Shown here: in pieces, positions 23,863 to 26,867 of the stretch
Position numbering within the stretch: position 1 is the first letter of the stretch
Layout of the letters: each line of letters opens with the position of its first letter
From: a virus
Lineage: Duplodnaviria; Caudoviricetes
Strand: one strand, 5' to 3'
IMG/VR virus record: IMGVR_UViG_3300037991_001301
Span: 1-26,867 of that record
Length of the DNA stretch: 26,867 nucleotides
Notes under the pieces: model-generated
Database searches by the model: none
What the model was told of the DNA's origin: nothing
Seen by the model: only the letters and a program-made list of their open reading frames with translations
Position numbers and translations under genes: made by a program

Positions 23863-24666
23863 CTATGCTGGTCGCATGAAATACATACCAGCTAACTGTG
23901 CAGCAGTTCCTAAAATATCTCCTAGACCTGTTTTTTGTTTTGTGGTTTGTGAAGTTAAAGGTGTACCTAATCCAGCTTGTAATAAACCAAGTTGTTGAGG
24001 CCCATAAGCCAAGGCTCTTTGGAACTCTTGATAAGGAATACCCAATGCTTGTTGTTGTAGTGCTTGTTGCTGTCTGCCAATATCTCCAAGCATAGCTAAT
24101 CTTGTTGATTGCTCTCCTTGCAAACCACTAAGCAATCCTGCTTGAAATCTTCTTTGAGCATCAGCAGCCGCTTGTGCTTGTTCAAAACCTCTTTGCTGTA
24201 AACTAGCAGAAGCTCTAGCCATGGTTTCTGCAAATGGTCTTTGTGATTCTGCTTCTAAGATAGCTGATCTTGAACCGCCAAAAGCACCTGCACCTATTGC
24301 AGCATCCTGTGATCTTTGTCTAGCAACATCAGCTTGTCTTTGAATGTCTGCCATAGTTGTATCTATAACTTGTTGCTGAAAAGGTGATTGATATTGTTGT
24401 AGTGTTGATGCTTGTGTTAATGGATCAGGTGCGGCTAATAAACCACGCAACCCAACCATAGGATCGTACTGCATACCAGTTTCAAATAAACCACGAGTAG
24501 CTTGAAATTGTCTTAACTGATCTGGATTAAATCCAGCAACCAATGGCCCTGTATAGGGTACAAATGGTTGTCCAGCCATACCTTTTGCAGCTTGAAACAA
24601 TTCTTCTTGCTGTCGCTTTTGATATTCTGGTAAATCTAATGATGTTGTGGTTGTTCCTTTACTCAT
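23863..24666 (-). CDS. Small DNA ejection / pilot protein
   Basis: Q/A/G-rich; MSKG-TTT N-terminus, YQSPFQQQVID, AGAFGGSR and C-terminal GLGDILGTAA, typical of podovirus DNA-transfer proteins. Confidence 0.75.
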   Translation of the reverse strand: MSKGTTTTSLDLPEYQKRQQEELFQAAKGMAGQPFVPYTGPLVAGFNPDQLRQFQATRGLFETGMQYDPMVGLRGLLAAPDPLTQASTLQQYQSPFQQQVIDTTMADIQRQADVARQRSQDAAIGAGAFGGSRSAILEAESQRPFAETMARASASLQQRGFEQAQAAADAQRRFQAGLLSGLQGEQSTRLAMLGDIGRQQQALQQQALGIPYQEFQRALAYGPQQLGLLQAGLGTPLTSQTTKQKTGLGDILGTAAQLAGMYFMRPA

Positions 24667-25067
24667 AATTCTTTTTTAATTAAATATTCAGATTCAAAAC
24701 CTAAATGTTTTATTTTTCGTAGCCATCCTTTTCTACCACCGCCATAAAGCCTTTTACATTCTGCGGCTCTTGCAAATGCCTCTAAAGAAGGCAACATTTC
24801 TTCTAATTCTGTGTAATCTCCGCCACATAATAGCAAGTTCATTGCTTTGTTTTGTGGAAATATTACAAACTCTGTGACCATTGCACTACGCTTTCCTGGC
24901 CACAAATGGAATAATCCATTTCTTATTTTATCCTTTACATCATTAATTGTATAGGAATCTTGATGTTCTAAAGCCTTTTCAATCCAATGTTTACAGCGAT
25001 TCCATTCAATCTCCCAAGGATCTTTGCTTGGGAACTCAACAATATTAGTCGCCTTTTCCATACTCAA
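24663..25067 (-). CDS. Virion assembly protein (P22 gp14 / T7 gp13-like position, possible GNAT-like fold)
   Basis: 134 aa; SAMVTE, GG-x-x-x-EL, GRKGW-x-R and LGF motifs; located between tail and ejection genes. Confidence 0.65.
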   Translation of the reverse strand: MSMEKATNIVEFPSKDPWEIEWNRCKHWIEKALEHQDSYTINDVKDKIRNGLFHLWPGKRSAMVTEFVIFPQNKAMNLLLCGGDYTELEEMLPSLEAFARAAECKRLYGGGRKGWLRKIKHLGFESEYLIKKEL

Positions 25068-25410
25068 TAATGCTTAAAACTAAGTCAATGTTTGCATGAT
25101 TGACTTGTGCTTTTAATATTTCGCCTTGTAATAAAACAATACCTGCATTGGTAACTAATTCTTCAGTAGCGTGTGCTGCTATGTTTTTTTGTTTATAAAT
25201 AAAAAATTCAGTAGAGCCAGTATCAGTAATTGATACATCTAAATTAGTTTGCTGATTACCATGATCGCAAGCTAAAAAACTTTTCACAATAACAAAGTCA
25301 AAGTCACCACCAGTAGGTGCTGTATATATGGTTTGTTGTGTGGTAGCTGAAAAAGAATATTTAACATTGATAGCACGCTGTATGTACTGTCTTTGTGAGG
25401 ATAAATCCAT
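25045..25410 (-). CDS. Small beta-rich virion protein
   Basis: 121 aa; TIYTAP...IVKS-x-L-x-C...VL-x-x-GE-x-LK pattern; TAATG-coupled to the nozzle gene. Confidence 0.6.
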   Translation of the reverse strand: MDLSSQRQYIQRAINVKYSFSATTQQTIYTAPTGGDFDFVIVKSFLACDHGNQQTNLDVSITDTGSTEFFIYKQKNIAAHATEELVTNAGIVLLQGEILKAQVNHANIDLVLSIIEYGKGD

Positions 25411-26867
25411 TATCTTTTGCCTCTATTCTTAATATCTAAGCGTATATTACCAACTTGAAAGTCTTGAGTTTTACCGCCTGTAACTGTCATTTGTACTTGT
25501 CTAGCAGTAAATCTAGCATCGGTATAACCATCATTTTCAAAAGTAAAGCTACCAAAGTCCGTTTCAGGGCCTAAAGGAGTAAATTTACCTTTAAAACTAA
25601 GGGTTACACCAGGTAAAGAGTTTGCTTCTTCGTCTGGAATTATCTGATTGCATTGCACATACCTATCGCCATTGCCTATTTGTATTGGGCCTGTTTGGCA
25701 AAACGGTACTTGTGATCCTATGCTTGGTGAATTTTCTAAGCTGGTTGATTCGTGTTCATAAACAAAACCACTAGAGTCACCTGATATTGGGTAAGTAAAT
25801 GCACCTTGATCAATCCATGCACCACGATCCATTGAACCTATCGACCATACATTATCGACATAGTTCCATATCACATATTTGTTTGATGAATATTGCGATT
25901 CGCCTACAGGGAATCCCCACCATATTTCATTAAAGTTAGAGTTGTGTCCACCCCACGATGCTGCTCTACCCGCAACATTAATGTTATCGAAAACATAATC
26001 ATGCACATCACATTTAATTTCTCTGACTGTACCGTCATAAACAAAAAATGAGTTTTCACCCATCCATGCTAAAAAGTTACCTGTGGATACTACAGCTTTT
26101 GGGCTAACAGATTTACAGTTTGTTCCTGCATCGGCAATACCATAAACAAAAGGTGAGCCAGAATAAAACATTCTGTTAATACCTGTATCACTAAAAATTA
26201 TGACATCGGATCTAAATTTAACGCCAAACAAAGCCCGTCCACCTGTAGGTATGATTAAATCACCTGCGGTATTGGTTGCTTTTGATGTCCAAGTATTACG
26301 ATCTTCTCTAGTTGACCATGCTATTTTTCTTGGATCACTTGCTGAACCTATGGCCACTAAATGCCTTTCATTAGTAACAAGTGTAGATAAATTACCTTGA
26401 GGTGCATTAGTAACTACGGTAGCAATAGTATCGGCTGTACCGCCTGAGTTTGGTCGCCATTTGTAAATTTTGCCATCTTTAGAAAAGGTAAAAATTAAAT
26501 CTTCACCCCAGTTATCAAAAGAAAAATAACCTGCTTGTAAAAGTAACCCAGATTGTGTTCTTGCATCTCCGTAATCTTCAGATCCGTAAGTGTAAGCACC
26601 ATAGCCCAAAGGATCATCACTCGCATCATTAACGAAGTTTGCGGGTGTTATATCTGTCCAAGCATCGTTGTATAAAACATAAACCTTTTGTCTAGTTCCT
26701 ACTGCTAAAATATTTTCAGCATTATTATCTTTATATGCGAATAGACCAATAATTTCCCCTGTGAGTGCTGTATCTCTTAATTTATCCCAACCACCGATAG
26801 GTTTTAGGTAGCCATTCTCAAAACGAACTAAATCACCATGTGTATGTAAAATTCTTGCTGGATTATC
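25410..26867 (-). CDS. Tail nozzle / head-stabilisation protein (P22 gp10-like), 5'-truncated by the window edge
   Basis: The frame is open to 26867 (…GDLVRFENGYLKPIGGW…), beyond the track's start at 26609; beta-propeller-like motifs FDNWGEDL, IAWS, FNEIWW and YVIWNY. Confidence 0.75.
   Translation of the reverse strand, partial: DNPARILHTHGDLVRFENGYLKPIGGWDKLRDTALTGEIIGLFAYKDNNAENILAVGTRQKVYVLYNDAWTDITPANFVNDASDDPLGYGAYTYGSEDYGDARTQSGLLLQAGYFSFDNWGEDLIFTFSKDGKIYKWRPNSGGTADTIATVVTNAPQGNLSTLVTNERHLVAIGSASDPRKIAWSTREDRNTWTSKATNTAGDLIIPTGGRALFGVKFRSDVIIFSDTGINRMFYSGSPFVYGIADAGTNCKSVSPKAVVSTGNFLAWMGENSFFVYDGTVREIKCDVHDYVFDNINVAGRAASWGGHNSNFNEIWWGFPVGESQYSSNKYVIWNYVDNVWSIGSMDRGAWIDQGAFTYPISGDSSGFVYEHESTSLENSPSIGSQVPFCQTGPIQIGNGDRYVQCNQIIPDEEANSLPGVTLSFKGKFTPLGPETDFGSFTFENDGYTDARFTARQVQMTVTGGKTQDFQVGNIRLDIKNRGKR

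Noticed and set aside
1-26867. tRNA genes, diversity-generating retroelement, introns/inteins, stop-codon reassignment
   Set aside because: I saw no cloverleaf, reverse transcriptase or interrupted core gene; standard-code ORFs tile the window densely and TAA, TAG and TGA are all used as stops.

Overview
The window is about 27 kb of a low-GC tailed dsDNA phage with podovirus-type gene content, resembling uncultured marine phages. Both ends fall inside minus-strand structural genes (scaffold at the left, tail nozzle at the right). The major capsid and tail fibre genes are not in the window and probably lie in the missing part of a circularly permuted genome. From the left, the minus strand encodes: scaffold, an acidic Pro/Thr-rich protein, a lysis cassette (M15 peptidase plus holin-like proteins), a train of tiny mostly Lys-rich genes, portal, terL and terS. 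A plus-strand array of about 17 microproteins follows (8.95-12.1 kb). Next is a minus-strand replication/recombination module: wHTH protein, iteron-like repeats, PAPS-reductase-like PP-loop protein, primase-helicase, SSB-like protein, Sak4-like ATPase, DUF2800-like nuclease and an HTH protein. Then come DUF3310, a PD-(D/E)XK endonuclease, and DNA ejection/tail genes. I saw no DNA or RNA polymerase, integrase, tRNA or CRISPR array. The most unusual signal is two dense clusters of one GC-rich motif (CGTGCGTGC / GCACGCACG). They sit inside terS and inside the wHTH gene, in opposite orientation, and bracket the early microprotein array. The left cluster adjoins a hairpin plus repeat element between terL and terS; the right adjoins three 22-bp-period iteron-like repeats and two hairpins. 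Family assignments are from motif recognition only; no searches were run.
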